A stretch of 32,000 bases of DNA, taken from positions 1 through 32,000 of the forward strand of contig JBBIMK010000019.1 in NCBI GenBank assembly GCA_037444445.1, written 5' to 3'. The stretch's first letter is position 1. Each line of letters opens with the position of its first letter. Below, in pieces: positions 17,871-25,395 of the stretch. The notes under the pieces were generated by a model that worked only from the letters and a program-made list of their open reading frames with translations, ran no database searches and was not told the origin of the DNA. This DNA is from a bacterium (GTDB taxonomy: Bacteria > UBP7 > UBA6624 > JBBIMK01). The position numbers were made by a program, and so were the translations under genes.

Positions 17871-19175
17871 TCACCCTCGGATGCTCAAAATCCCCAGAAT
17901 GTCCCGATAGGTCACCCACAGCATCAGGAGAATCAGAAGGAAAAATCCAGCGATATGGAAGGCATTTTCCAGCGTGCGATTCACCGGCTTGCGTGCCACC
18001 GCAAAAAGAATGAGGAAGAACAGCCTGCCTCCATCCAGGGCAGGGAACGGAACCAGGTTCACAATCCCCAGCGTTACAGAAAGTAGAGCCATCTGAAACA
18101 GAAGCCATTTGAAGCCAGACTCCAGGGCTTGAAGCGTATACTTAAATATCCCTACCGGTCCCACAATCTCCGCTTCTTTACGACCGGTGAACAGCCCCTC
18201 GAAAAATTCCCAGAAACCCTGAAAAACGGAAACGAAACGCTCTCCAGCAATCTGAAGCCCCTGAATCAGTCCAACCGGCTCTCTCTCCATCTCAAATACC
18301 ATACCCGGGTGTTGCCTTTCTTCCATCTGTAGTGTAACCTGGAACGGATTCCCCTCCCTCATTCCTTCCAGCCGAATCTGTTTCGGCGGTTCCGCTTCGG
18401 AAATCTGGAGGGATGCCTGAAACAATTCGGGTGGCATTCCATCTATCCGTTGAATTGTATCTCCGACTCGGACACCCGCTTTCTCCGCGGGGCTGTGGGG
18501 CAAAATCTGAACCACTTTTCCAGAGATTTGTGCCGCCTCCGTAAGAAGAACGCCCAGACCCACCATCCGTTCCCCGGGTTGCCCTATCTCTCCCGGCGTC
18601 ACAGAAATCTCCCGGATCCCCTCCCGCCCTTCAACCTTCAACAGAAGAGGCTGGTTGCCTGCTGACTGCACCAAGCGAGACAATTCCATCCTGTTCAGTG
18701 TTTTCCCGTTGACACTCAGAATTAACTCCCCTGCCCCCAATCCCGCCTTCTCTGCAGGAGACCCACGCAGAACTCCCTGGATGAGTGGAATATGTCGTGG
18801 AATACCATAGCCCACTGCTTCCCCATAAAATAACAGGTAGCCAGCCAGTAAATTCATCATAGGACCGGCAACCAGAATGAGGCTCTTCTGCCAGGTTTTT
18901 TTGGTGGCATAACTATCGGGTTCCAAAAGGTTCGCTTCTTCTTCGTCCTCCAGCCCTTTGAGACGAACATATCCACCTAAAAGCAGAAGTCTTAACGACA
19001 GCACAGTGGATTTGAAGGGTTTCTTCACCAGAGGAGGTCCGAAGCCCACGCTAAATTCTTTCACCGCCACTCCCATCATTCTGGCTCCGACGAAATGCCC
19101 CCACTCATGGATGACTATCAACGCCCCAATGAGCAGAGCAATCATCAGGTAACCCAGGAAAGTTGCCAGGGTCAT
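17871..19175 (-). CDS. rseP: Site-2 (M50) zinc metalloprotease RseP with PDZ domains
   Basis: 'VIHEWGHFVGARMMGV' (HExxH), two PDZ-like blocks ('SPAEKAGL..GELILSVNG', 'SPAEKAGVRVGDTIQRIDG'), C-terminal 'NLVPFPALDGG'. Confidence 0.9.
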   Translation of the reverse strand: MTLATFLGYLMIALLIGALIVIHEWGHFVGARMMGVAVKEFSVGFGPPLVKKPFKSTVLSLRLLLLGGYVRLKGLEDEEEANLLEPDSYATKKTWQKSLILVAGPMMNLLAGYLLFYGEAVGYGIPRHIPLIQGVLRGSPAEKAGLGAGELILSVNGKTLNRMELSRLVQSAGNQPLLLKVEGREGIREISVTPGEIGQPGERMVGLGVLLTEAAQISGKVVQILPHSPAEKAGVRVGDTIQRIDGMPPELFQASLQISEAEPPKQIRLEGMREGNPFQVTLQMEERQHPGMVFEMEREPVGLIQGLQIAGERFVSVFQGFWEFFEGLFTGRKEAEIVGPVGIFKYTLQALESGFKWLLFQMALLSVTLGIVNLVPFPALDGGRLFFLILFAVARKPVNRTLENAFHIAGFFLLILLMLWVTYRDILGILSIRG

Positions 19176-20047
19176 CCCGCACCTCCTGCCGATGGCAACA
19201 CCCAGTAACGCAAAAGGTAAAAGCCCACTGGAAGCGTGAAAAGAAAACTATCCATCCGGTCCAGCAAGCCTCCATGCCCCGGGATGAGCCGGGAAGAATC
19301 CTTCGCTTGCACCTCTCGTTTCAAGGCGGACACGCTCAAATCTCCCAGTTGCGCCGCTATCCCGAGAATCCCTCCCAACAGGAGGCAATTCCAGAGCGGT
19401 AGCCCGAGATGCTTCAGCCCGAACCACCACAGGAGTGCAAAGGCGGCGGTCACGCCTGCCAGCCCTCCTGCCATTCCTTCCCAGGTTTTCTTCGGGCTCA
19501 ACACCGGTGTCATCCGAGTTTCACCGAAGAGTTTCCCGCTAAAAAAAGCGGAGGTGTCATACCCCCACGCCCCCACCACAGGCACCAGGATAAGGTAATC
19601 CACCTTCATCTGCTCCGAAACCCCCGTGTAGAACTTTTTATACAGGAAGATATAACTCAACAGACCCGCTATATAGAAACTTCCAAACAGGGTTACAGCC
19701 AGTTCCGGCACCCGATAAGGCCGTCGTCCGCTGGCATTTTGTATCACCTGAATCAGAAACGACAGCAGGATGAATACCGCTACAAGAAATCCCAGATAAT
19801 TTTCTTGAACCTCTTGCTGTTCTGAAAAAAAGGACATCAACAGAATCAACAGAGCGAACGGGTAACCAATCACTTTTGCCGTTTTCGTTCCCTCCCGGGA
19901 TAGGAGGCTGTAAAATTCCCGGAGCGCCTGCCCCGCCACGAGAATCACGCCCACCAGCAGGGCATAGCCACCCCACAAGAGCATAAAAACCGCCGTCGTC
20001 CCGAGAATCACTCCCCAGAACAACCGGCGGACAAGGTCATTTTTCAT
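19172..20047 (-). CDS. cdsA: Phosphatidate cytidylyltransferase
   Basis: Polytopic membrane protein with the CdsA signature 'SAFFSGKLFGETRMTPVLSPKKTWEG' and 'SALKREVQAKDSSRLIPGHGGLLDRMDS'. 4-nt overlap with rseP. Confidence 0.9.
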   Translation of the reverse strand: MKNDLVRRLFWGVILGTTAVFMLLWGGYALLVGVILVAGQALREFYSLLSREGTKTAKVIGYPFALLILLMSFFSEQQEVQENYLGFLVAVFILLSFLIQVIQNASGRRPYRVPELAVTLFGSFYIAGLLSYIFLYKKFYTGVSEQMKVDYLILVPVVGAWGYDTSAFFSGKLFGETRMTPVLSPKKTWEGMAGGLAGVTAAFALLWWFGLKHLGLPLWNCLLLGGILGIAAQLGDLSVSALKREVQAKDSSRLIPGHGGLLDRMDSFLFTLPVGFYLLRYWVLPSAGGAG

Positions 20048-20768
20048 CCGGCACCTGCACTCGCCCGAAGCGCCGCTCCCGCTTCTGATAATTGTCTATC
20101 GCTTCATTCAAGTCTTCCTCCGTAAAATCAGGCCAGAGGGTGGGAGTGAAAAATAACTCGGAGTATGCTACCTGCCACAGGAGAAAATCGCTCAGGCGGT
20201 ATTCATTACTGGTGCGAATCAGCAGGTCCGGGTCCGCCATCCCATTGGTATACAATTCCTTACGGAAGTCCTCCGGGGAAATGGTAGAAGATTGGAGTTT
20301 ACCCTGTTCAACCTTTTCACACAGCCGCTGGGCCGCCCGCACAATCTCTTCCCTGCCACTGTAATTGATGGCTACATTCAAAAGCATGCGCGAGTTGTTT
20401 TGAGTGGCAGACTCCACCTCCTGAAGGTCCTGACGAATTTGCTCTGGAAGCAGAGAACGGTCACCAATCATCCGAAACCGTATCTTCTCTTTCATCAGGG
20501 TGGGAAGTTCCAGGTGTAGATACTGGTGGAGAAGAGAGAATAAAGCCTCAATCTCTTCCTCCGGCCGTCCCCAGTTATCCCGGGAGAAGGCAAAGAGGGT
20601 GAGAATTTTCACGCCCCGGCGAGCGCAGGCTTCCACCACTCGCCTTACCGTTTTCGCCCCTTCCTTATGCCCTTCTATTCGCGGTAAGCCGTGCTGTGTA
20701 GCCCACCGCCCATTCCCATCCATAATGATGGCGATATGCTCAGGTATTCTCTCTCCCTTTTGTTCCAT
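20037..20768 (-). CDS. uppS: Undecaprenyl (isoprenyl) diphosphate synthase
   Basis: 'HIAIIMDGNGRWA', 'LTLFAFSRDNW.RP..E', 'IRTSNEYRLSDFLLWQ.AYSELFF' are canonical cis-prenyltransferase motifs. Confidence 0.95.
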   Translation of the reverse strand: MEQKGERIPEHIAIIMDGNGRWATQHGLPRIEGHKEGAKTVRRVVEACARRGVKILTLFAFSRDNWGRPEEEIEALFSLLHQYLHLELPTLMKEKIRFRMIGDRSLLPEQIRQDLQEVESATQNNSRMLLNVAINYSGREEIVRAAQRLCEKVEQGKLQSSTISPEDFRKELYTNGMADPDLLIRTSNEYRLSDFLLWQVAYSELFFTPTLWPDFTEEDLNEAIDNYQKRERRFGRVQVPDEK

Positions 20769-20969
20769 ATCCCAGTTTCCTCAGTAAAACCTCTGTCGTG
20801 TCAGGAGAGAGGTAGACCCGATACCCTGTCACAAGAGATTGAACCCGTATCACACGCCACCGCCCGCTCATTTTTTCCATTTCTTCCCTCTTCCAGGGGG
20901 CTACTACATACACTTTTTCTACTGCTCTTCCCTCCAGTTCTTTCTCCACCTCTTCCCAGTAACGCCCGA

Positions 20970-21524
20970 TTAACCTTCCAAAATCTCTTTTTCCTTCTTC
21001 TGGTATAAAGTATCCATCTCCTCGGTGATAGAATCCGTTAACTTCTGGATTTTCTCCTGGGTGCGATAGTAATCATCTTCTGTGATTTCTCCAGCTTTCT
21101 CCGCAGATTTCATACTTTCCATAATGTCCCTGCGGATATTTCGGATTCCCACCTTGCTTTCTTCTATATCCCTTTTCACAATTTTCAGGAGATTTCTGCG
21201 GGATTCTTCATTCAGAGGTGGGAGGAAAATCCGAATGCTCTCCCCCTCCCGATTCGGGTTCAACCCCAGATTGGCTTTCAGTATGGCTTTCTCAATTTGT
21301 GGGAGAATGGAGCGGTCGTAGGCTCTGATTTGCAGAGTTCGGGGGTCAGGCACCAGAATGCTCGCCACCTGCTTCAACGGGAGCACGCTTCCATAAGCCT
21401 CCACTTTCACATCGGAAAGGATAGCCGGATTGGCCCGTCCCGTGCGTATCCTGGATAGGGTTTCCTTCAGCACCTCCAGGGTTTTGTGCATCCTCTCTTC
21501 CGCTTCTTTCACAAAGTCTGGCAC
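20970..21524 (-). CDS. frr: Ribosome recycling factor
   Basis: 184 aa. 'L.....RTGRANPAIL..V.VEAYG...PL.QVA.I', 'IRI.LPPL.EE.R..L.K', 'RNIRRD' are typical of Frr. Confidence 0.95.
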   Translation of the reverse strand: MPDFVKEAEERMHKTLEVLKETLSRIRTGRANPAILSDVKVEAYGSVLPLKQVASILVPDPRTLQIRAYDRSILPQIEKAILKANLGLNPNREGESIRIFLPPLNEESRRNLLKIVKRDIEESKVGIRNIRRDIMESMKSAEKAGEITEDDYYRTQEKIQKLTDSITEEMDTLYQKKEKEILEG

Positions 21525-21531
21525 GAGATTC

Positions 21532-22248
21532 TCACCTCCGAACCAGGGTTCCTACCGCAGATTCACCCATCAGCACCCGGAGGAGATTCCCACGAATGGT
21601 GATATTGAACACGATGATAGGGATATTATTATCCATAGACATAGAAATAGCGGTTGAATCCATGATTTTCAGGTCCCGGTCCAGAATCTCTTTATAACTG
21701 ATTTCCCGGATGAGATGAGCGTCTGCGTTGCGTTCCGGGTCGGCGGTGAAAATTCCCTCCACTCTCGTGGCTTTTAACAGGACTTCTGCCTGGATTTCCG
21801 TGGCGCAGAGGGCGGCCGTGGTGTCGGTGGTAAAGTAGGGCCGCCCCGTCCCGCCAGAGAAAATCACCACCCGCCCCTTCTCTAAATGCCGTATCGCTCT
21901 CCGCCGGATGTAAGGCTCCGCAATGGAACGCACCTCAAACGCTGTCTGCACCCTCGTCTGAACCCCCCTCTGCTCCAGTGCACTCTGGAGTATCAACGAG
22001 TTAATGATGGTGGCTAACATCCCGGCATAATCCGCTGTCACTCGCTCCACGCCGTGCTCACTGGCTTCACTCCCCCGAAAAAGATTCCCTCCCCCAATGA
22101 CCACCGCCAGTTGCACCATCTGCGAGGCGGTCACTAACTCATCCGCTATATTGTGAATGGCTTCATAACTGATGCCCCTTCCCTCTTCACCCGCCAGAAC
22201 CTCTCCACTCAACTTCAACAGCACCCGTTTATATCTGGCTTTTTTCAT
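21532..22248 (-). CDS. pyrH: UMP kinase
   Basis: 'YKRVLLKLSGE', 'VVIGGGNLFRG', 'ADYAGMLATIINSL', 'VVIFSGGTGRPYFTTDTTAAL.A.E' are canonical PyrH. Confidence 0.95.
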   Translation of the reverse strand: MKKARYKRVLLKLSGEVLAGEEGRGISYEAIHNIADELVTASQMVQLAVVIGGGNLFRGSEASEHGVERVTADYAGMLATIINSLILQSALEQRGVQTRVQTAFEVRSIAEPYIRRRAIRHLEKGRVVIFSGGTGRPYFTTDTTAALCATEIQAEVLLKATRVEGIFTADPERNADAHLIREISYKEILDRDLKIMDSTAISMSMDNNIPIIVFNITIRGNLLRVLMGESAVGTLVRR

Positions 22249-22268
22249 ACCGGGTTCCCCTCATTCCT

Positions 22269-22871
22269 TTACTCCCGCCCCACCTCAAATCGCGCGAACC
22301 GGCGAATCACCACATTCTCTCCGAATCGTGCAATGGCTTCTTTAATTAAGTCAGACACCGTTCTCTTTCCGTCCCGAAAGTAAGGTTGCTCCAGCAGGCA
22401 ATTCTCCTTAAAGAAGGTTTCCAGCCTGCCCTGCACAATTTTCTCTATGGCTTTTTCCGGCTTTCCTTCTTCAATGGCTTGCTGGCGATAGATGGCTTTT
22501 TCCTGCTCAATGATTTCCGGTGGCACATCTTCCCGACGGATAAATCGGGGTCCTGCCCCTGCCGCCACCTGCATAGCCAGTTCTTGAGCCAGATGCTTGA
22601 ACTCCTCCGTTCGTGCGACAAAGTCGGATTCACAATCCACTTCCACCAGGGAGCCCAATCGTCCCCCCCCGAAGTGAATATACGAGGCAACGGTCCCTTC
22701 TCGGGCTACCCGGGTGAGTTTTTTATCCGCCCGGGCCGCCCCCTTCACCCGCAGAATTTCTACAGCCCTCTGTATATCCCCTCCCGCTTCCTCCAGCGCC
22801 TTCTTACAATCCAGTAGTCCGGCTCCGGTTCGCTCTTTCAGCGCCTTTACGGTTTCCAGAATCTCAGCCAC
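22269..22871 (-). CDS. tsf: Elongation factor Ts (short form)
   Basis: '[34 protein letters not shown]' (UBA-like N-terminus), 'YIH.GGR.G.LVEV.CE.DFVA'. 200 aa, like the short Tsf of some thermophiles. Confidence 0.95.
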   Translation of the reverse strand: MAEILETVKALKERTGAGLLDCKKALEEAGGDIQRAVEILRVKGAARADKKLTRVAREGTVASYIHFGGGRLGSLVEVDCESDFVARTEEFKHLAQELAMQVAAGAGPRFIRREDVPPEIIEQEKAIYRQQAIEEGKPEKAIEKIVQGRLETFFKENCLLEQPYFRDGKRTVSDLIKEAIARFGENVVIRRFARFEVGRE

Positions 22872-23640
22872 CTTCGCTCTCTCCTCCCTCGGCAGGGATG
22901 GGGGATTCCTCTGCCCCCACCCCTCCTTCCTCTATGACGCCCTCCCGAAGTTTCTTCCCCTCCACAACTGCATCCGCTATCTTCTGGGTAAATAGTTTGA
23001 TGGAGCGTATGGCGTCATCATTGCCCGGAATCCCATAATCCACCTTATCCGGGTCGCAGTTCGTATCCAGGATGGCAATCACGGGAATCTTCACCTTATT
23101 CGCTTCTTCCACCGCTATCTGTTCCTTGTTCACATCCACCACGAACAGGGCATCTGGCAGGCCGGGCATCTCTTTAATCCCTGCCATCGCCTTCTGAAAT
23201 TTCTCCCGGCTGAGAAGAATTTTTTTGGATTCCTTCTTCGGCATAGCGGATAGGGAGGCTTCATCTATCGCCTCCAGGGCTTTCCACTCATCTATCCTTT
23301 TTTTGACCACCTTCCAGTTGGTCAACAGCCCTCCAATCCACCGCTGGTCCACATAGAACATTCCGCATCTCTGGGCCTCTTCTGCGATGGTCTGCTGAGC
23401 CTGCTTCTTCGTCCCCACGAAAAGAATGATTCCTCCCTCCTTCACCTTGTTTCGCACGAAAAGATAAGCCTCTTCCAGGCTTTTTGCCGTTTTTTCCAGG
23501 TCAATGATATAAATCCCGTTCCTCTTCCCGAAGATGTGAGGCTTCATCTTCGGGTTCCAGCGCCGGGTGGGATGCCCGAAATGAACCCCTGCCTCCAGCA
23601 ATTCCTTCTTATCCACTATCGCTGTTTCCTGTTCAGCCAC
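22864..23640 (-). CDS. rpsB: 30S ribosomal protein S2
   Basis: '[31 protein letters not shown]', '[11 protein letters not shown]', 'PDALFVVD...E..AV.EA.K..IPVIAI.DTN.DP' are canonical S2 blocks. GTG start at 23640 after GAGGGGG. Confidence 0.95.
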   Translation of the reverse strand: MAEQETAIVDKKELLEAGVHFGHPTRRWNPKMKPHIFGKRNGIYIIDLEKTAKSLEEAYLFVRNKVKEGGIILFVGTKKQAQQTIAEEAQRCGMFYVDQRWIGGLLTNWKVVKKRIDEWKALEAIDEASLSAMPKKESKKILLSREKFQKAMAGIKEMPGLPDALFVVDVNKEQIAVEEANKVKIPVIAILDTNCDPDKVDYGIPGNDDAIRSIKLFTQKIADAVVEGKKLREGVIEEGGVGAEESPIPAEGGESEGG

Positions 23641-23671
23641 AACTCAACCCCCTCTTTGCCATTCTATTTTA

Positions 23672-23700
23672 ATTATAGTATCACACCTTCATACTTTCCA
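23672..23700 (-). promoter_or_regulatory. Possible rpsB promoter (-10 element only is convincing)
   Basis: Minus strand has a perfect TATAAT (23677-23672), about 30 nt upstream of the rpsB GTG. The -35 region (TGGAAA at 17 nt) is poor. Confidence 0.3.
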
Positions 23701-23913
23701 CAACCTCCCCCAGTAGAGGTATGTTTGAACTGCGGTATGATTTACTACAATGCTCGGGTTCTGTAAGAGATTGAACAAGGATTCTCAGCGATTCAGCGGA
23801 AGACAGAGGAGCCCGACCGTTCTGCTCAAGTGCCAGAAAAGTCCTATTCAGGATAACTCTCCGTCCTCTGAAATGGAGCGCCCCCTCCTCTCCCTCTCTT
23901 CTCCCCGTTCTTC

Positions 23914-23922
23914 TGGTATAAT
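23914..23922 (+). promoter_or_regulatory. Extended -10 element (TGgTATAAT) in front of the aspartic protease gene
   Basis: 'TGGTATAAT' is read directly at 23914-23922. There is no -35, and the first in-frame ATG (23927) lies only 4 nt downstream, so the mRNA would be leaderless or nearly so. Confidence 0.35.
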
Positions 23923-23926
23923 AGTG

Positions 23927-24289
23927 ATGCCTGCGGGGATGACCGAAGTTACTATAAGCGTAATGGGAGATTCAAGAGAGGTCCGTTTTACGGTTATAGC
24001 GGATACCGCCGCAACTTATCCCGTTTTCCCCAGGCCCATTCTGGAGTCACTGGCCGTGGAGCCGGTAAAGAAAGTGGAGATAGAACTGGCAGATGGTTCG
24101 GTAGTTACCCGACTTATGGGGGATGTGTTGATGAAATTAAACGGTGAAATACACCCTGTGCCCGTTATTTTTGGGGAAGAGGGAGACACAATGGTTCTCG
24201 GGGTAACAGCGCTGGAGATTTTTGGGCTCACCGTGGACCCGGTAAACCATCGCCTCATCCCTGCCCGTATCCTCTGGTTCTCCTCTTGA
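23927..24289 (+). CDS. Retropepsin-like (clan AA) aspartic protease, single-lobe
   Basis: 'VRFTVIADTAATYPVFPRPILESLAV...VEIELADGSVV...VIFGEEGDTMVLGVTALEIFGLTVDP' has the layout of bacterial/archaeal retropepsin-like proteases (D-T-G/A-A active-site loop, C-terminal 'LG...L' flap region). Start chosen at ATG 23927, with 23939 as an alternative. The track's upstream 59 aa is Ser/Pro/Arg-rich and probably untranslated. Confidence 0.6.
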   Translation: MPAGMTEVTISVMGDSREVRFTVIADTAATYPVFPRPILESLAVEPVKKVEIELADGSVVTRLMGDVLMKLNGEIHPVPVIFGEEGDTMVLGVTALEIFGLTVDPVNHRLIPARILWFSS

Positions 24290-24325
24290 AATCCCCCCTC
24301 TTCCGTCCCATCCTTCTCCGCTTTC

Positions 24326-24353
24326 AGAACTAAGATTTTAGAAGTAAGATTTT
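24326..24353. repeat. Tandem 14-nt direct repeat (2 copies, 13/14 identical)
   Basis: 'agaactaagatttt' (24326-24339) is immediately followed by 'agaagtaagatttt' (24340-24353), in the convergent intergenic region between the protease and Crp-like genes. Confidence 0.8.
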
Positions 24354-24364
24354 CAGAATAGATA

Positions 24365-24398
24365 AATCTCCCAATCTCAAAATCCCCCAAATCTCCCA
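24365..24398. repeat. 8-nt periodic array (CTCCCAAT/CTCAAAAT units) containing copy A of a 20-nt exact repeat
   Basis: 'aatctcccaatctcaaaatc' at 24365-24384 is identical to 29819-29838. The array continues 'ccccaaatctccca'. On the minus strand it reads GAGATTGG-type units starting about 13 nt after the Crp-like stop codon. Confidence 0.85.
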
Positions 24399-24410
24399 GA
24401 TGGGTGGGAG

Positions 24411-25022
24411 TTATTTCTCTCGCTCTTCGGCGATGAACTTCCGAAGCCCTTCCGGGTTCTGGACTACGATTTCGTGGCTATGGGATGGCAAATCCACCCA
24501 CCCATTCTCCTTGAACTCTTTGAGAATTCGGAGGGTTTGTTGCCAGGAAAGCCCACAGAAGCGGGACAAATAGGCTTTCGTCAGCCCGGATGGGCAATAC
24601 TCAGGAAAATCCTCAAAAAGGAGAAGAGCGGTGGCAATTCGCTTACAGCCCCTGCCAGGCTTCACACCGAGAATTTTCACCTGCTCCGTCAGGCGGACAA
24701 TCCTGCACGCCAGCCTTCTCAGAATCTCCCTCACCACAGCGGGTTCCTTCTCCAGAAGAAGAAAAAACTGGTCCCGGTTCAAGAACACCGCTTCCCCATT
24801 CCTTCTGGCTATCACTGTGGCAGAGCGAGCCTTCCCCGTGAGAAGCATTGGCCATTGCGGTGCTCCCGATGACGCCAGCCCCACGCCATTCCTGCCATTA
24901 CGTTCCTTCACCAAAGGAACCGGTGATATTACGCTCGGGCCGCCGCCGCAGGCGGTGAGAAGCACGATGAAGCCCAGCACCGCTATCAGCGGTGCGAAAC
25001 TCACGAACTTACGATTTGCCAC
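24411..25022 (-). CDS. Crp/Fnr-family-like protein lacking most of the cNMP-binding barrel, with a hydrophobic lipobox-like N-terminus
   Basis: GTG start at 25022, 9 nt after GGAGG. Residues ~55-203 match the distal part of Crp/Fnr regulators: 'LLTGKARSATVIARRNGEAVFLNRDQFFLLLEKEPAVVREILRRLACRIVRL' (last beta strands plus the long C-helix) and an HTH 'LTKAYLSRFCGLSWQQTLRILKEFKENGWV'. Residues 1-30 are 'MANRKFVSFAPLIAVLGFIVLLTACGGG'. Confidence 0.65.
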   Translation of the reverse strand: MANRKFVSFAPLIAVLGFIVLLTACGGGPSVISPVPLVKERNGRNGVGLASSGAPQWPMLLTGKARSATVIARRNGEAVFLNRDQFFLLLEKEPAVVREILRRLACRIVRLTEQVKILGVKPGRGCKRIATALLLFEDFPEYCPSGLTKAYLSRFCGLSWQQTLRILKEFKENGWVDLPSHSHEIVVQNPEGLRKFIAEEREK

Positions 25023-25395
25023 TTTGAACCACCTCCATATTTTGATTGCGGAGTGCGGAATGATGGATGGGAAGAAAAGGGGAAGCGGTGAAAGGGAATA
25101 AGGGGCAGGAGGCTGGGTTTTGAACCTGAGGGAGATGAATGAACCGAAGTGCTTGCCCCCTGCCCCGGTGTAAGAAGAGGTGTTGGGTGATAAGCCTCCG
25201 GGAGTGGAGGTTGCGAGGGCGGAATGGAAAAGGGGCGGAGATTTCGGGAATTCCGGGAAGCGGGAAGTTTCTTAACCCTGTCCATCATTTCTAAATGTAT
25301 GCCCGATTCTTAAAAAGTGAATAATACATATATGTCAGGTTTTAGGGGGGATGGCAGGTGGCAGATGCGGAGGTTAGAAGAGCGGAGGGCGAGGG

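Noticed and set aside
17260-17910. 216-aa plus-strand ORF antisense to ispG. Similar long antisense or off-frame ORFs occur at 7130-7651, 12878-13345, 15411-15923, 24631-25101 and 28017-28487.
   Set aside because: All lie inside strongly supported or long uninterrupted genes. Their His/Arg/Pro/Phe-rich or low-complexity translations have no recognisable motifs.
17869-18108. 80-aa N-terminal extension of ispG in the track
   Set aside because: It overlaps the 3' end of rseP and is Cys/Gly/Ser-rich junk. The canonical IspG N-terminus starts at ATG 17868, 2 nt after the rseP stop.
20740-20949. 69-aa minus-strand ORF filling the frr-uppS spacer
   Set aside because: It has a GTG start with a poorly spaced purine stretch instead of a proper RBS. 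It overlaps uppS by 29 nt and shows no recognisable family. A real small protein cannot be excluded, but the evidence is too weak to annotate it.
25001-25288. 95-aa Pro/Ser-rich minus-strand ORF upstream of and overlapping the Crp-like start
   Set aside because: The low-complexity translation is a by-product of the CT-rich strand. It overlaps the better-supported GTG/RBS start at 25022 in another frame.
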